A stretch of 64,000 bases of DNA from positions 1 to 64,000 of IMG/VR virus record IMGVR_UViG_3300028800_000005; one strand, 5' to 3'. A program made the translations under genes and the position numbers. Positions 18,147-28,118 of the stretch are shown in pieces. The notes beneath the pieces were generated by a model. That model did no database searches. It had not been told where the DNA came from and saw nothing but the letters and a program-made list of their open reading frames with translations. How positions within the stretch are numbered: position 1 is the stretch's first letter; every line of letters starts with the position of its first letter. Source of the stretch: a virus.

Positions 18147-18686
18147 ATGTCCGGACAGATAGCGCCCCTTACGGCGGACGCCACGCTGAATCTTCTAGCG
18201 GGGACGTTCACCCTGGTGGCACAGTCGACCGCGCCGACGTGGTCCCCCGGAAAGTACTGGTTTAACACAACGACCAGTGCCCTTAACTTCTGGACCGGCA
18301 GCACGTGGGCAGATGTCTCACTCCGGTACCTCGCCCTGCTAACCGCCGACCCGGCAACCTCGGGTCCCGGAGGGGCCCAGGCCGCCGCTATCTCGGACCT
18401 TACCGAGTGCGCCGACTCCGGGTACGCGAGAATTCCCGTGTCACTAACGACAGCCGCCGGGACGGCGACTCCGGTAAGTGTCAGTAACTCGGCGCTGCTA
18501 ACATGGGGTCCCTTTAACGTCGACATGGCCGCACCAGTCGGCTGGGTCGCATTGGTCACGGTTCAGTCCGGCAATGCCGGATTGCTGGTCTACACCTGGC
18601 AAGTGCCCGGGAACATGGTCCAGCAGGTCCAGGCCAGCCAGTATATCCAGTGCCCCGCCGGGGGCCTGGTAATGAGTCAGTCATAA
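18147..18686 (+). CDS. Virion structural protein (fibre/collar type)
   Basis: YLALLTADP...GYAR...SN...L.WGP motif family. Confidence 0.65.
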   Translation: MSGQIAPLTADATLNLLAGTFTLVAQSTAPTWSPGKYWFNTTTSALNFWTGSTWADVSLRYLALLTADPATSGPGGAQAAAISDLTECADSGYARIPVSLTTAAGTATPVSVSNSALLTWGPFNVDMAAPVGWVALVTVQSGNAGLLVYTWQVPGNMVQQVQASQYIQCPAGGLVMSQS

Positions 18687-18702
18687 GAAAGGATCTGATT
18701 CC

Positions 18703-19257
18703 TTGACCGCCATCGTCTCCACCGACATCCAGTACTTCCTGTCGGCCCCCGGTGCCTCCGCAGGAAACGCCACCGCCGGGTCTGCCGGTAACTCCTGGGG
18801 TAAGTACCTGTCGACCACCCAGCTTTCCTCAACCCCCCTGGATAACCTCTTCCTGGACCTGACCGGCGCGCAGAACGCCGCGAGCCAGGTCGACTACGCG
18901 TGCGTGTTCATCCTGAACAACACCGCGTCCGGGAACTCGATGCTTAACACCGTCGTCTGGATTCCGAACTCCGGTAACGTTACCGGTGCGACGACTCACG
19001 CGGTCGGCGTCGACCCCGCTGCCGCGAGTGCCAAGGCGTCCTCGTCCGCGCAGGCTGCCGTTATCGCGTCGGCCACTGCCGCCCCGTCCGGCGTCACCTT
19101 CGTCGGCCCGTCCGCGACGAACTCCGGTGGCGTCAACCTCGGAACGATCGCCCCCGGATACGTTCGCGCCGTCTGGATTCGCCGCACCGCGACGAACTCC
19201 GCGCCGCTGAACAACGACGGCTTCACCCTTGAGTGTGACTTCGACACGCAAGGCTAG
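18703..19257 (+). CDS. Virion structural protein
   Basis: NLF.D.TG..N.....DY.C.F..N and G...AVWIRR motifs; TTG start with SD AAAGGA; terminator follows. Confidence 0.65.
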   Translation: MTAIVSTDIQYFLSAPGASAGNATAGSAGNSWGKYLSTTQLSSTPLDNLFLDLTGAQNAASQVDYACVFILNNTASGNSMLNTVVWIPNSGNVTGATTHAVGVDPAAASAKASSSAQAAVIASATAAPSGVTFVGPSATNSGGVNLGTIAPGYVRAVWIRRTATNSAPLNNDGFTLECDFDTQG

Positions 19258-19278
19258 GATGTCCTGATTTAGGTAACC

Positions 19279-19319
19279 GATTCCCCGGGCCTCGGTAACT
19301 CCGGGTCCGGGGAATCTTT
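19279..19319 (+). terminator. Hairpin terminator
   Basis: GATTCCCCGGGC...GTCCGGGGAATC followed by TTT. Confidence 0.6.
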
Positions 19320-19334
19320 AGTCAGGAGAGAACC

Positions 19335-22300
19335 GTGTCGACCACTGTCACCTGGAGTACCCCCGGGACATACACCTGGACCTGCCCTGCGCACGTCAAC
19401 GCCGGGTCAATCACTGTCTGGGGTTCCGGCGCAGGCTCAGAGCCAGGGAGCGGTACCTACCCTGGTTACAGCGGTGGCGGTGGTCAGTGCACCGGGTACA
19501 GTTCCTATCCTTTGGTACCTGGTCAGAATTACACGATTATCGTCGGAGTTGGCGGTTCTGCCGGTACCCTTACAGCAGAACCCACTAACGGTAACAGCAG
19601 CGTATTTGACTCCGGGGGAGCACCTGGCGGCGTGCACGCCTCCGGTGGTGGTTCAGGAGGATCATTCTTTGTCGGGGGCAGTGGTACCCCTGCCGGACTG
19701 CACACGTTCTTCTATTCCGGTGGTAACGGAAGCGGTGGCGGGTCCTCCGGGTACGGTGGTGCTTCGGGGGGTAACTCCGGGTGCCCGACCGCCGCCGGGA
19801 ACGCCGGTAGCAGTGCGAGTAGCTCTACTGGCGCATCTGCCCCGGCCGCACAAACTGGTGCAGGTACAGGTGGTGCGGGCGGTTACGGTAACGGATTCAC
19901 CGGGGGGGCCCCGGGCGGCGGTGCCGGTTCTGGTGGCGGGCACGGTGGAACGGGCGCTGTGGGTGGTGCCGGGCAGGTCCAGGTAACGTACACGCTGCTT
20001 ACCGGTGTAACCGTAAGCCAGTCCACAACCTGGAATGTCATAGGCCGTGTTACGTCCAGCGAGGCGGTCGCCTGGGACACGGACGCGACTAACTCGTCCA
20101 GCAATGTTGCTACCGCATGGGAATCCTTCCAGGGTGTAGCGGTAAGTAGTGCGGTCGCCTGGAACACGGACGTATCTACCTCGTCCAGTAATGTTTCGGC
20201 AGGGTGGAATACCCGGGTCGCAGCCAGTCGTAGTGTATCGTCCTCCTGGCAGTCAGAGTACGCCACGCCGGTATCCGGCAGCACGTCCTGGAATACCTGC
20301 AAGCTGGTACCAAAGCAAGCGTCGACCGCATGGGAAACCACAACCACAGTTACCACCAGCAAGTCGAGCACCTGGAACACACCCACAACTGAGGCGAGCC
20401 AGAAGCCTGTAGCATGGGCGTCTCTAGTTTTCGTATCGGCGTCTAAGGCCACAGCCTGGAACTCGTACACACCCGTTTCGGTAACGAAGAATAGTACCTG
20501 GTACTCCCGGAGTTCCGTCGCGGTAATCCCGCAAACCACATGGAACGCGGAAACAACTAAGGTAAGTGCCAAGTCCACGACATGGAACGATGCGGCATAC
20601 GCCTCAAGCTCGAAGGTTCTGAACTGGAACGCACGGGCGTCCGTATCCTCCACTAAGGCAGTTAACTGGAACGCGTACCTTCCCGTGTCCAAGTCGGCCG
20701 CTACGTCCTGGGTTACGGCCAAGCAAATCCGCCCGGGAGTTCAGCTTACCTGGAACGCGCTGTTCCCGGGAGGTGTCTCCGCGCAGGCCAGCACATCCTG
20801 GATTGCACGGACGCTTATCAGCCCGACCGCAGGCATTACGTGGAACACGGGCAGCAACCTGACAACCATAAATAAAACGCAGGGCCTGTCCTGGAAGTCG
20901 ACCACAACCATCCCCTCAACGGCTACGACCCTATGGCAGACGGAGATCGCCGGAGGGGTCGTCGTTTCACAGGGCCTGTCCTGGGAGACGATGCTGTCCG
21001 GGTCATCCACGACCAGCTCGTCCTGGAACCAGTTCCAGGGCGGGAACCCGTCTGTTGCCACAAGCTGGAATTCCATCCAGTCCGTAAGTACTACACGGCG
21101 CTCCACCTGGAATTCCATGAGCGCTGTGTCCTGGGGGCATAGCTCGTGCTGGTGGAATGACCTGTCCCCTGTGCCGTCCACGAAGGCAACCTCCTGGAGA
21201 ACCCCCGGGTATGTTACGCGCCGTGCAGGGATCGCATGGACGGACGCTGGAAAGAACTCGGCCACAACTGGTATCCGGTGGAACACTACGGCACCAGTGC
21301 GCGCGTCGAACCCGAACACTATCTGGTGGAGGTCCGACCAGAGCCGGTCAAGCACGAAGCAGGTCTTGTGGTTCAGCAATGGTGAGCTTATTATCCTGGT
21401 ACAGGACGTGAAATGGCTGACCAAGGCAAGCCGGAGCGCGGCACACGCCGTAACCTGGCACGTTCGGACGCCCGTCACCTCCAGCGAGGATTCCGGGTGG
21501 CATGTCTGGATTCCCGGAACTATCTCCAAGCGTTCCCGCTGGCGCAGCCTGGTGCGTGTGTCTCCCACCGCGCGTATCCTCTGGCAGTCCCGGAGAGCCA
21601 CGGTAACGGACGATACCGTTTCCTGGAATGCCCGGCACTCCCAGCAGCGATCGGCGTCCCTGCGTTGGGCTGTGCGCCGCGCAGTGCAGGTTCAGAAGGC
21701 TGCCGCATGGAAGCTGTACACGACCTACTACGTCGTTAGCACTTCCAAGCGGTCGACCTGGAATGATTTCCGCTACGCGCATTCCACTGCCCGCGTAAAG
21801 TGGAACGTCCAGATCACCCCGGTTGCCGTAACCCATTCGGTCAAGTGGAACACGCACCTGGCCGTACATAAGACCGTCCCGGCCGAGTGGCACGTCCAGA
21901 TCATTCCGGTTACGGTCTCTCGTGCGGTAAAGTGGAACACGCGTATTCCGGTAACTATTTCGAAGCCGGTCAAGTGGAACGTCAAGATCATCCCGGTAAC
22001 CGTATCCAAGGGTGTAAAGTGGAATTCACTTGTACCGGTAGCGGTTACTCACGCAACCCAGTGGAACGTTCCCCGGGCTCCAGTTACCACGACCGTACGG
22101 TGGAAGTCCAGGGCACGATTGGCATCCTCTCCGGCCCTGTCCTGGAGGTCCCGGAAGACAATCCATGTCCCGGCACAGATCCGGTGGGACAACCCGGTCA
22201 CCCCGGTGACGGTAACGCGCGCAGTGGCATGGAAGTCACTGGCCAAGCGGTCCTCCTCACGTTCCGAGCGGTGGGGTTCCCTGCGTACTCGGCAGTCTCG

Positions 22301-22577
22301 TAAGTATCTTGCCTGGACGGTACTGGTCTACGGCGCGGGATCGTCTAGCGAATTCGCCTGGGAAACAATGAAGCGCGCGTCGCACTCAGGGAGTTTCCGG
22401 TGGAATGTGCCGACCGGGTCGTCCCATGGTGATCCCGCGTGGCGCGTTATACGCTGGAATGACTTCATGTCCAGTACCCCGGTTACTTCCTCGGCTACAA
22501 TGGAATGGACGACCAAGCGAACTATCCCTGGCGGGATAATGATCTCAGGCTCAGACCGCTGGCAAAGCGCGCAGTAG
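19335..22577 (+). CDS. Glycine-rich domain plus long Trp-periodic repeat fibre protein
   Basis: N-terminal PGTYTWTCP...GGGG glycine-rich domain, then ~14-aa S/T-rich repeats each containing one Trp. Confidence 0.75.
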   Translation: MSTTVTWSTPGTYTWTCPAHVNAGSITVWGSGAGSEPGSGTYPGYSGGGGQCTGYSSYPLVPGQNYTIIVGVGGSAGTLTAEPTNGNSSVFDSGGAPGGVHASGGGSGGSFFVGGSGTPAGLHTFFYSGGNGSGGGSSGYGGASGGNSGCPTAAGNAGSSASSSTGASAPAAQTGAGTGGAGGYGNGFTGGAPGGGAGSGGGHGGTGAVGGAGQVQVTYTLLTGVTVSQSTTWNVIGRVTSSEAVAWDTDATNSSSNVATAWESFQGVAVSSAVAWNTDVSTSSSNVSAGWNTRVAASRSVSSSWQSEYATPVSGSTSWNTCKLVPKQASTAWETTTTVTTSKSSTWNTPTTEASQKPVAWASLVFVSASKATAWNSYTPVSVTKNSTWYSRSSVAVIPQTTWNAETTKVSAKSTTWNDAAYASSSKVLNWNARASVSSTKAVNWNAYLPVSKSAATSWVTAKQIRPGVQLTWNALFPGGVSAQASTSWIARTLISPTAGITWNTGSNLTTINKTQGLSWKSTTTIPSTATTLWQTEIAGGVVVSQGLSWETMLSGSSTTSSSWNQFQGGNPSVATSWNSIQSVSTTRRSTWNSMSAVSWGHSSCWWNDLSPVPSTKATSWRTPGYVTRRAGIAWTDAGKNSATTGIRWNTTAPVRASNPNTIWWRSDQSRSSTKQVLWFSNGELIILVQDVKWLTKASRSAAHAVTWHVRTPVTSSEDSGWHVWIPGTISKRSRWRSLVRVSPTARILWQSRRATVTDDTVSWNARHSQQRSASLRWAVRRAVQVQKAAAWKLYTTYYVVSTSKRSTWNDFRYAHSTARVKWNVQITPVAVTHSVKWNTHLAVHKTVPAEWHVQIIPVTVSRAVKWNTRIPVTISKPVKWNVKIIPVTVSKGVKWNSLVPVAVTHATQWNVPRAPVTTTVRWKSRARLASSPALSWRSRKTIHVPAQIRWDNPVTPVTVTRAVAWKSLAKRSSSRSERWGSLRTRQSRKYLAWTVLVYGAGSSSEFAWETMKRASHSGSFRWNVPTGSSHGDPAWRVIRWNDFMSSTPVTSSATMEWTTKRTIPGGIMISGSDRWQSAQ

Positions 22578-22586
22578 GGTGACCAC

Positions 22587-23402
22587 ATGCAATTGACAGA
22601 CATGCTTTCCCGTATACGGATGGAGATCGGGGACCTTCCTAAGCCTTTCCGTTCCCTGTTCCAGGGCGACGGGCAGACGGTCCTGACTGACCTTATCCAG
22701 CCGAACGTAAACGCTATCGGGTTCTCCATTGACGTCGCGGACTCAATTGGTAACCTGACTACCCTGACTCCAGTTACCGATTACACGGTCGACGAGGACA
22801 ACGGGATCATCACCTTTGCCACTCCCGTTGCCGCCGGGTCGACGGCGATCATCTCCGGAACGAGCAACGGGATGTTCACGGATAATTCGCTGCTGGTCCC
22901 GATCCGGGACGCGGTCATATGGCACTGCCATAACCGGAAGCTCAATGAACGGTACCGTGACCGGCACGGGTTCATCACCTACCGCGAGACTCCTATCGGG
23001 CTGCGCAACCTTCCGCCGGAAGAGGAGCTTCCCCTAGTCGTCCTGGCGACGTATAACACCTACTGGATGCTCGCTGACGACATGGCCCTGGACGTCAATG
23101 TCCAGACCGCCGAGTCAACTAGCATTGACCGGTCCACCAGGTACCGCCAGGTCATGGAGCACATCTCTGAGCTTGACGCCAGGTACAAGTCCCTGACCAG
23201 CCTGCTTAACATCGGGCCTAACCGGATTTACTGCACGGACCTCCGGCGTACCTCGTACACCACCGGCCGCCTGGTCCCGCTGTTCCAGGCCCGGGAATAT
23301 GATGACCACCGCTATCCTGTCCGGTTGATTCCCCCGATCGACAGCTCATACGCGGATAACTCCGGGGTCCCGTCACAGCTTTTTTACGGCGCGGGCCTTT
23401 AA
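22587..23402 (+). CDS. Head-to-tail adaptor/neck protein
   Basis: L..RIRMEIGD, SIDRS.RYRQ and LRR.S..TGRLVP motifs; synteny. Confidence 0.65.
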   Translation: MQLTDMLSRIRMEIGDLPKPFRSLFQGDGQTVLTDLIQPNVNAIGFSIDVADSIGNLTTLTPVTDYTVDEDNGIITFATPVAAGSTAIISGTSNGMFTDNSLLVPIRDAVIWHCHNRKLNERYRDRHGFITYRETPIGLRNLPPEEELPLVVLATYNTYWMLADDMALDVNVQTAESTSIDRSTRYRQVMEHISELDARYKSLTSLLNIGPNRIYCTDLRRTSYTTGRLVPLFQAREYDDHRYPVRLIPPIDSSYADNSGVPSQLFYGAGL

Positions 23403-23429
23403 TCAGAACACAACACGGAACAGGTAACA

Positions 23430-24176
23430 ATGAAAAAGGTCAGGGCTTACTGGTGGCGCGGGAACCCATCCCATCCGGTTAAGAACTTCGGGGACGCGCT
23501 ATCGCCGTACCTGCTCAAGAGGTTCGCGGACATCCGGACAGCATGGTCACCAGTATCCCATTCGAATGTCGTCTCCATCGGGTCACTGCTAGAGCATGTG
23601 CCGCCCTTGTGGGACGGGCATATTCTCGGCACCGGGAAGCTCTACGAGGACTCGCGGCTGCACCTCCACACGAACACGGCCAAGATATGGGCCCTGCGCG
23701 GCCCGCTGACGGCCCGCTGCGTCCCGGGGGACTATGCCCTGGGTGATCCTGGCCTGCTTGCCGATGAACTCGTCACCGTCGATCACAGGGACGTCGGCCT
23801 GGGTATCGTCGCGCACTGGACAGACAGCACCCTGGCTAAGCGGCCAGAGTTCTACAGCCGCGACTTCGAGACCATGGTGATCGACGTCGCCGGGGACCCT
23901 CTCGATGTCGTGCGCTCTATCGGTCGCTGCCAGAAGATCGTCACCAGTTCACTGCACGGCCTGGTCGTAGCGGACGCCTTTGGCATCCCCCGCCGGTACG
24001 AGATGATCCCGAACGCAAGCCGGTACGAGGGGGGCCTGTTCAAGATCAGGGATTACAGCGCCTCAATACAGGCTCCGTTCGAGCCGGGTAAACTGATAGA
24101 AGCATCGCGGTTCTACGTCGAGGACCGCAAGTTTGAGATCTGGGATGCCTACAGGGCAATGGGGGCCGCACTATGA
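23430..24176 (+). CDS. Polysaccharide pyruvyltransferase-like (ExoV-like) protein
   Basis: NFGDALSP, IGS, LRGPLT, LGDPGLL, TSSLHGLVVADAFGIP, FK..DY. Confidence 0.82.
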   Translation: MKKVRAYWWRGNPSHPVKNFGDALSPYLLKRFADIRTAWSPVSHSNVVSIGSLLEHVPPLWDGHILGTGKLYEDSRLHLHTNTAKIWALRGPLTARCVPGDYALGDPGLLADELVTVDHRDVGLGIVAHWTDSTLAKRPEFYSRDFETMVIDVAGDPLDVVRSIGRCQKIVTSSLHGLVVADAFGIPRRYEMIPNASRYEGGLFKIRDYSASIQAPFEPGKLIEASRFYVEDRKFEIWDAYRAMGAAL

Positions 24177-24970
24177 ACATCCTTCTGAAGCACGGTAAGC
24201 GTGCCAGGCACGGTCGGGGCATCTCACTGCTCATTCCTTTCCGGGCGGAAGAGGACAGCCCGAGGTTCAGGGCGTTCGAATGGACGATACGATACTATGC
24301 CTCCCACCTACCGGGCGCGGAGATCATCGTCGGCACCGATGACAGCCTTCCGTTCAGTAAGACCAAGGCCTTTAACCATGCCAGGGAAAGGGCTACCGGT
24401 GACGTCCTCGTCCTTATCGACGCCGACTGCTATATCGATACCGACGTTCTCCTGCACTGCGCTAAGGAAATCCGGCGCGAGCGGAAGAGGGGCTACCGGC
24501 TATGGTACATTCCCTACCGCAGGTTCTACCGGCTCACCGAAGAGGCAACGCGCCGCGTCCTGAAGTCTAACCCCAGGGACCCGCTGCGGTTCCCGACGCC
24601 TCCGTCCGAGAAGGACACGGAAGCACACTCCTCGGCGTCGCGCGGCCACTGGTGGGGCGCGCTTATCCAGGTAATGCCGAGTGAGGCTTACGACATGGTC
24701 GGCGGCTGTGACCCGAGGTTCCGTGGATGGGGTGGCGAGGACGTCGCCTTCATGCGCGCGGTCGACACCCTGTACTGCAAGCACAAGACGACACGGAACC
24801 AGGTGCTCCACCTGTGGCACCCGATGATCAAGACCGAGTGGAACCTCAGGATGTGGGACGGCCAGCTAAGTGCCAAGGACAATGACCGGCTGGCGAACAG
24901 GTACTACGCGGCATTCGGTGACCCGAAGCGAATGCGGAATCTCGTCGGAGAATACCGGGAGGTTGAATGA
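24173..24970 (+). CDS. Glycosyltransferase (GT-A fold, GT2/GT7-like)
   Basis: SLLIPFR, FSK.KAFN, DxD motif DAD, GG.DPRFRGWGGED, HLWHP. Confidence 0.88.
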   Translation: MNILLKHGKRARHGRGISLLIPFRAEEDSPRFRAFEWTIRYYASHLPGAEIIVGTDDSLPFSKTKAFNHARERATGDVLVLIDADCYIDTDVLLHCAKEIRRERKRGYRLWYIPYRRFYRLTEEATRRVLKSNPRDPLRFPTPPSEKDTEAHSSASRGHWWGALIQVMPSEAYDMVGGCDPRFRGWGGEDVAFMRAVDTLYCKHKTTRNQVLHLWHPMIKTEWNLRMWDGQLSAKDNDRLANRYYAAFGDPKRMRNLVGEYREVE

Positions 24971-25491
24971 GTCGAATAGATTACCACCGGGGCAGGGCGA
25001 ACTCCGACTTCGAGACGGTCCAGCTCTCTAATGCCATGCGCGGGTGGAAGTCGAACTATGGTGACTTCATCGACTACTACCGGCTTGACCCGGACAGCAC
25101 GCAGTATGATGACGTCTACGAAGAGGTTCTCGCCGGGGGAAGAAAGTACCTCCCGGTAATACGACTCGGCTGCCTGCACGTCACACTGATCCAGGGTGCG
25201 AATGACTGGGACGACAAGGGCTTCTACTACAACGACAACGTGCGCGCCATCGTGCCTTATGACGTCTACACCGGATCGGGAATGGCCCTGGCCGACATGG
25301 ACACCGGTAAGTACGAGCTAGACCGGATCGTCTACAAGCAGAAGGTATTCAAGGTCGTTCAGATTGACGTCCGGGGGCAGATCGTCGAGCGCCCGAATGT
25401 TGTCGCGATCGACGCGACACAGCTTAAGCCGGACGAGCTTCACGAGGACCCGCTTATGGCGGTTTACGGTGAAGGTAACCTCGCCCCGTAG
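24967..25491 (+). CDS. Head closure/neck protein
   Basis: YDDVYEE, FY..D and DRIVY..KVF.V...VRGQI; synteny. Confidence 0.6.
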   Translation: MSRIDYHRGRANSDFETVQLSNAMRGWKSNYGDFIDYYRLDPDSTQYDDVYEEVLAGGRKYLPVIRLGCLHVTLIQGANDWDDKGFYYNDNVRAIVPYDVYTGSGMALADMDTGKYELDRIVYKQKVFKVVQIDVRGQIVERPNVVAIDATQLKPDELHEDPLMAVYGEGNLAP

Positions 25492-25590
25492 TTCCTTACC
25501 AGCCAAAAGAATCGCGGAGATAGAATGATACAGGGGCTATCCCACGCGAGGACGCCCTGACCGCCGCTTAACGCCTGTAAGGACGAAGAC

Positions 25591-25779
25591 ATGTCTAGGT
25601 CTTCCACGTACGTGAACGCTAGTCCCGGTGCTGCCGGGGACCGCGCGCGTACCGCAGAGTTCTTCCAGGGTCTAAAGGATTCCCAGCACGATGCGGTCAA
25701 GAGGACGGCCGAGACGATCGCGATCCTCGCAGCGGTGAATCTTTACGGGCGGTACCGCAATGGCAAGCGGGTAAAGTAA
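25591..25779 (+). CDS. Small hypothetical protein
   Basis: SD AAGGA; TAATG coupling to next gene. Confidence 0.55.
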   Translation: MSRSSTYVNASPGAAGDRARTAEFFQGLKDSQHDAVKRTAETIAILAAVNLYGRYRNGKRVK

Positions 25780-26537
25780 TGCCCTTTCTCATGAATACTG
25801 ACGCCGCTTTGAAGTACCAGCTTCAGGGTCTGGTAGTGCACGACCAGAACTCCGGTGCTGAAGGGCGACCGGTTAAGGTCCGGTACCGCTCCCCCGAAGA
25901 CGAGGTCGCTAAGTTCACTCCCCCGCTGATCCTCATTGAGATGCCCATGGTCTCCATTGCCTGGGACCGGGCGCACATGGGAGAGATCAACCTTCCCTAT
26001 GTCCCTGAGGGCGGGGACCTTTCCATTCTGCCGAAGTCCTGGGCTAAGGCCTTCGCGAACCCAGACGGAGCGTACGACCCGTCACTCTCGCCGTACGAGA
26101 CCTGGTGCCCGGTGCCGTATAACCTGGACTACCAGATCACGGTCTACACGCGCATGGCGCGCGAGCACCTGATGCCTATCATGGCGGCACTGGAGGCAGA
26201 CGAGTACCTGGGCCGGTTCGCCAAGCTCGTCATCCCGCAGACGAACACGTTCGAGCGCGTTACCCGTATGGCGGGCCCGGAGCGCAGCTACCAGAAGGAC
26301 GAGAACGGCAAGCGGCTGTTCCGTGCCACCTACTCAATTCGTGTGGCGACCGAGCTAGTCGGGCCTATTATCCCGCCACCTGTACCCTGTACCGCTGTCG
26401 AGCTGTCGATCGCGTACGGATTTTCCAATCCAGATCTGACTGATTACTACAATGAGAATGATCTGAAGTTGGAAGATGTAACTGAATCAGTCGGCATCAT
26501 CGGGTCAAGGACACCCCTCGGCTGGAAAACCGATTAA
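25779..26537 (+). CDS. Tail terminator/completion protein
   Basis: MPF..N.DAALK..LQG, PVPYNLDYQIT.Y.R, GKRLFR..Y; directly before sheath. Confidence 0.7.
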   Translation: MPFLMNTDAALKYQLQGLVVHDQNSGAEGRPVKVRYRSPEDEVAKFTPPLILIEMPMVSIAWDRAHMGEINLPYVPEGGDLSILPKSWAKAFANPDGAYDPSLSPYETWCPVPYNLDYQITVYTRMAREHLMPIMAALEADEYLGRFAKLVIPQTNTFERVTRMAGPERSYQKDENGKRLFRATYSIRVATELVGPIIPPPVPCTAVELSIAYGFSNPDLTDYYNENDLKLEDVTESVGIIGSRTPLGWKTD

Positions 26538-26552
26538 GGTCAAGGAGAAAGA

Positions 26553-28100
26553 ATGACCATTTACGGACGTCCCGGTGCATACGTAACCGAGATCCTCCCC
26601 CCGCTGACGCCGCTGAACGCCCTGGCTGGCGCGTCACTTCCGGCCCTGGTTGCTAAGCACCCGCGCGGGCCCGTCACTCCTGCCCTCGTCGACTCCTGGG
26701 CGGCGTTCACGCGCCTGTACGGGTCGTACGCGGACAACCCTGGGAGTATCCTCCCGTTCGCCGTTTCCCAGTTCTTCAGTAACACCGGGTCGGCTCTGTA
26801 CGTCCTTCGCGTTGCGAATGATGACGCCGTGGCCGCGACCCTGGACCTCCAGGACATCGCGGACGACAGCCCTGGGGCGCTAGTCGTCACGGCTGCGAAC
26901 CCCGGTGACTGGGGAAACAACCTGTCCATCCAGATCACTACTGGCGGGACTACCGGGGCCTTCACGCTAACGGTGTTCCTGAAGAACACTACCGGCGTTA
27001 ACATCCTCGTCGAGAACTTCCCGGCGCTTAGCATGGACCCGTCGAACCCGCGCTACTGCGTTCCCATCCTGAACGCTCCGAATGCCGGGTCGAAGTACAT
27101 CACGGTCAAGAACCTGATCACCACCTACGTCTCCGGGGAATCCGACCTGGTCGCCACGTCGGGCTCCGTTCCTCTTTCGGGCGGGAACGACGGGACGGAC
27201 ACGGACACGATCGACACGGACGTGGTCACGACGGAGCTGGACACGCTCCCGGACCAGATCCTTGCGGTGAACCTTCCCGGTGTCTCGGACGTGGCCACGC
27301 TGACGAGTATGATCAACTGGGCTGAGCTTCGCGGTGACAAGGTCATCGTCTGTGACGGCCCGGCTCCCGACCCGAACGCGGTCCCCCAGACGGGCTACGC
27401 GGACACGGTCGTGGGAACCTACCTGGAAATGGTGTCTTCGGGGAACCCGGCGCTGCCGGACAGTTCCTACGGCGCGCTGTACGCCCCGTGGCTTCTCGTT
27501 CATGACCCGTCGTCGTCTATCTCCGGCGCTACCCGCTACCTGCCCCCGGGCCCGGCGGTCCTGGCGCAGTACCAGGTCACGGACCTTCAGGTCGGTCCCT
27601 GGCAGACCCCGGCCGGTCAGCGCGCCGTCCTGAACGGCGTCATCGCCCTGGAAGCGAAGTTCTCCGGGGACCAGCTCGCGACTCTTAACCTGGCGAACGT
27701 TAACGCCCTTAAGAGCCTGGCTAACGTGGGCTTCGTCATCTACGGCGGGCGCACTCTGGCGTCCGGGTACCCGGACATGTACCTTTCCGTCCGGCGGCAG
27801 CTAATGTCCATCGAGCATGACCTGCGCGACCTGTTCGGTTTCGCTATCTTCGAGCCGAACGGCCCGCAGCTCTGGCAGCAGATCACCAGCATCGGGGCGA
27901 ACTACCTTAACCAGCAGTTCCAGATGCACGCTCTCGGCGGGAACACCCCGACGCAGGCCTTCAGCATCGTGTGCGATTCTACAAATAACCCGCCCGCCCG
28001 AGCGCAGTCCGGGTTGTGCACGGTCGATGTCGGCGTGGCTCTCATGAGCCCGGCGGAATTCCTCCAGCTTAACATCACGCTGACCACAGGCAGTGCCTGA
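26553..28100 (+). CDS. Contractile tail sheath protein
   Basis: RPGAYV.E, RGP, PGDWGN, YAPW, PAG, GGRTL, YLSVRR, FEPN, A...PAEF. Confidence 0.95.
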   Translation: MTIYGRPGAYVTEILPPLTPLNALAGASLPALVAKHPRGPVTPALVDSWAAFTRLYGSYADNPGSILPFAVSQFFSNTGSALYVLRVANDDAVAATLDLQDIADDSPGALVVTAANPGDWGNNLSIQITTGGTTGAFTLTVFLKNTTGVNILVENFPALSMDPSNPRYCVPILNAPNAGSKYITVKNLITTYVSGESDLVATSGSVPLSGGNDGTDTDTIDTDVVTTELDTLPDQILAVNLPGVSDVATLTSMINWAELRGDKVIVCDGPAPDPNAVPQTGYADTVVGTYLEMVSSGNPALPDSSYGALYAPWLLVHDPSSSISGATRYLPPGPAVLAQYQVTDLQVGPWQTPAGQRAVLNGVIALEAKFSGDQLATLNLANVNALKSLANVGFVIYGGRTLASGYPDMYLSVRRQLMSIEHDLRDLFGFAIFEPNGPQLWQQITSIGANYLNQQFQMHALGGNTPTQAFSIVCDSTNNPPARAQSGLCTVDVGVALMSPAEFLQLNITLTTGSA

Positions 28101-28118
28101 TAAGGGAGAGCATCTCAA

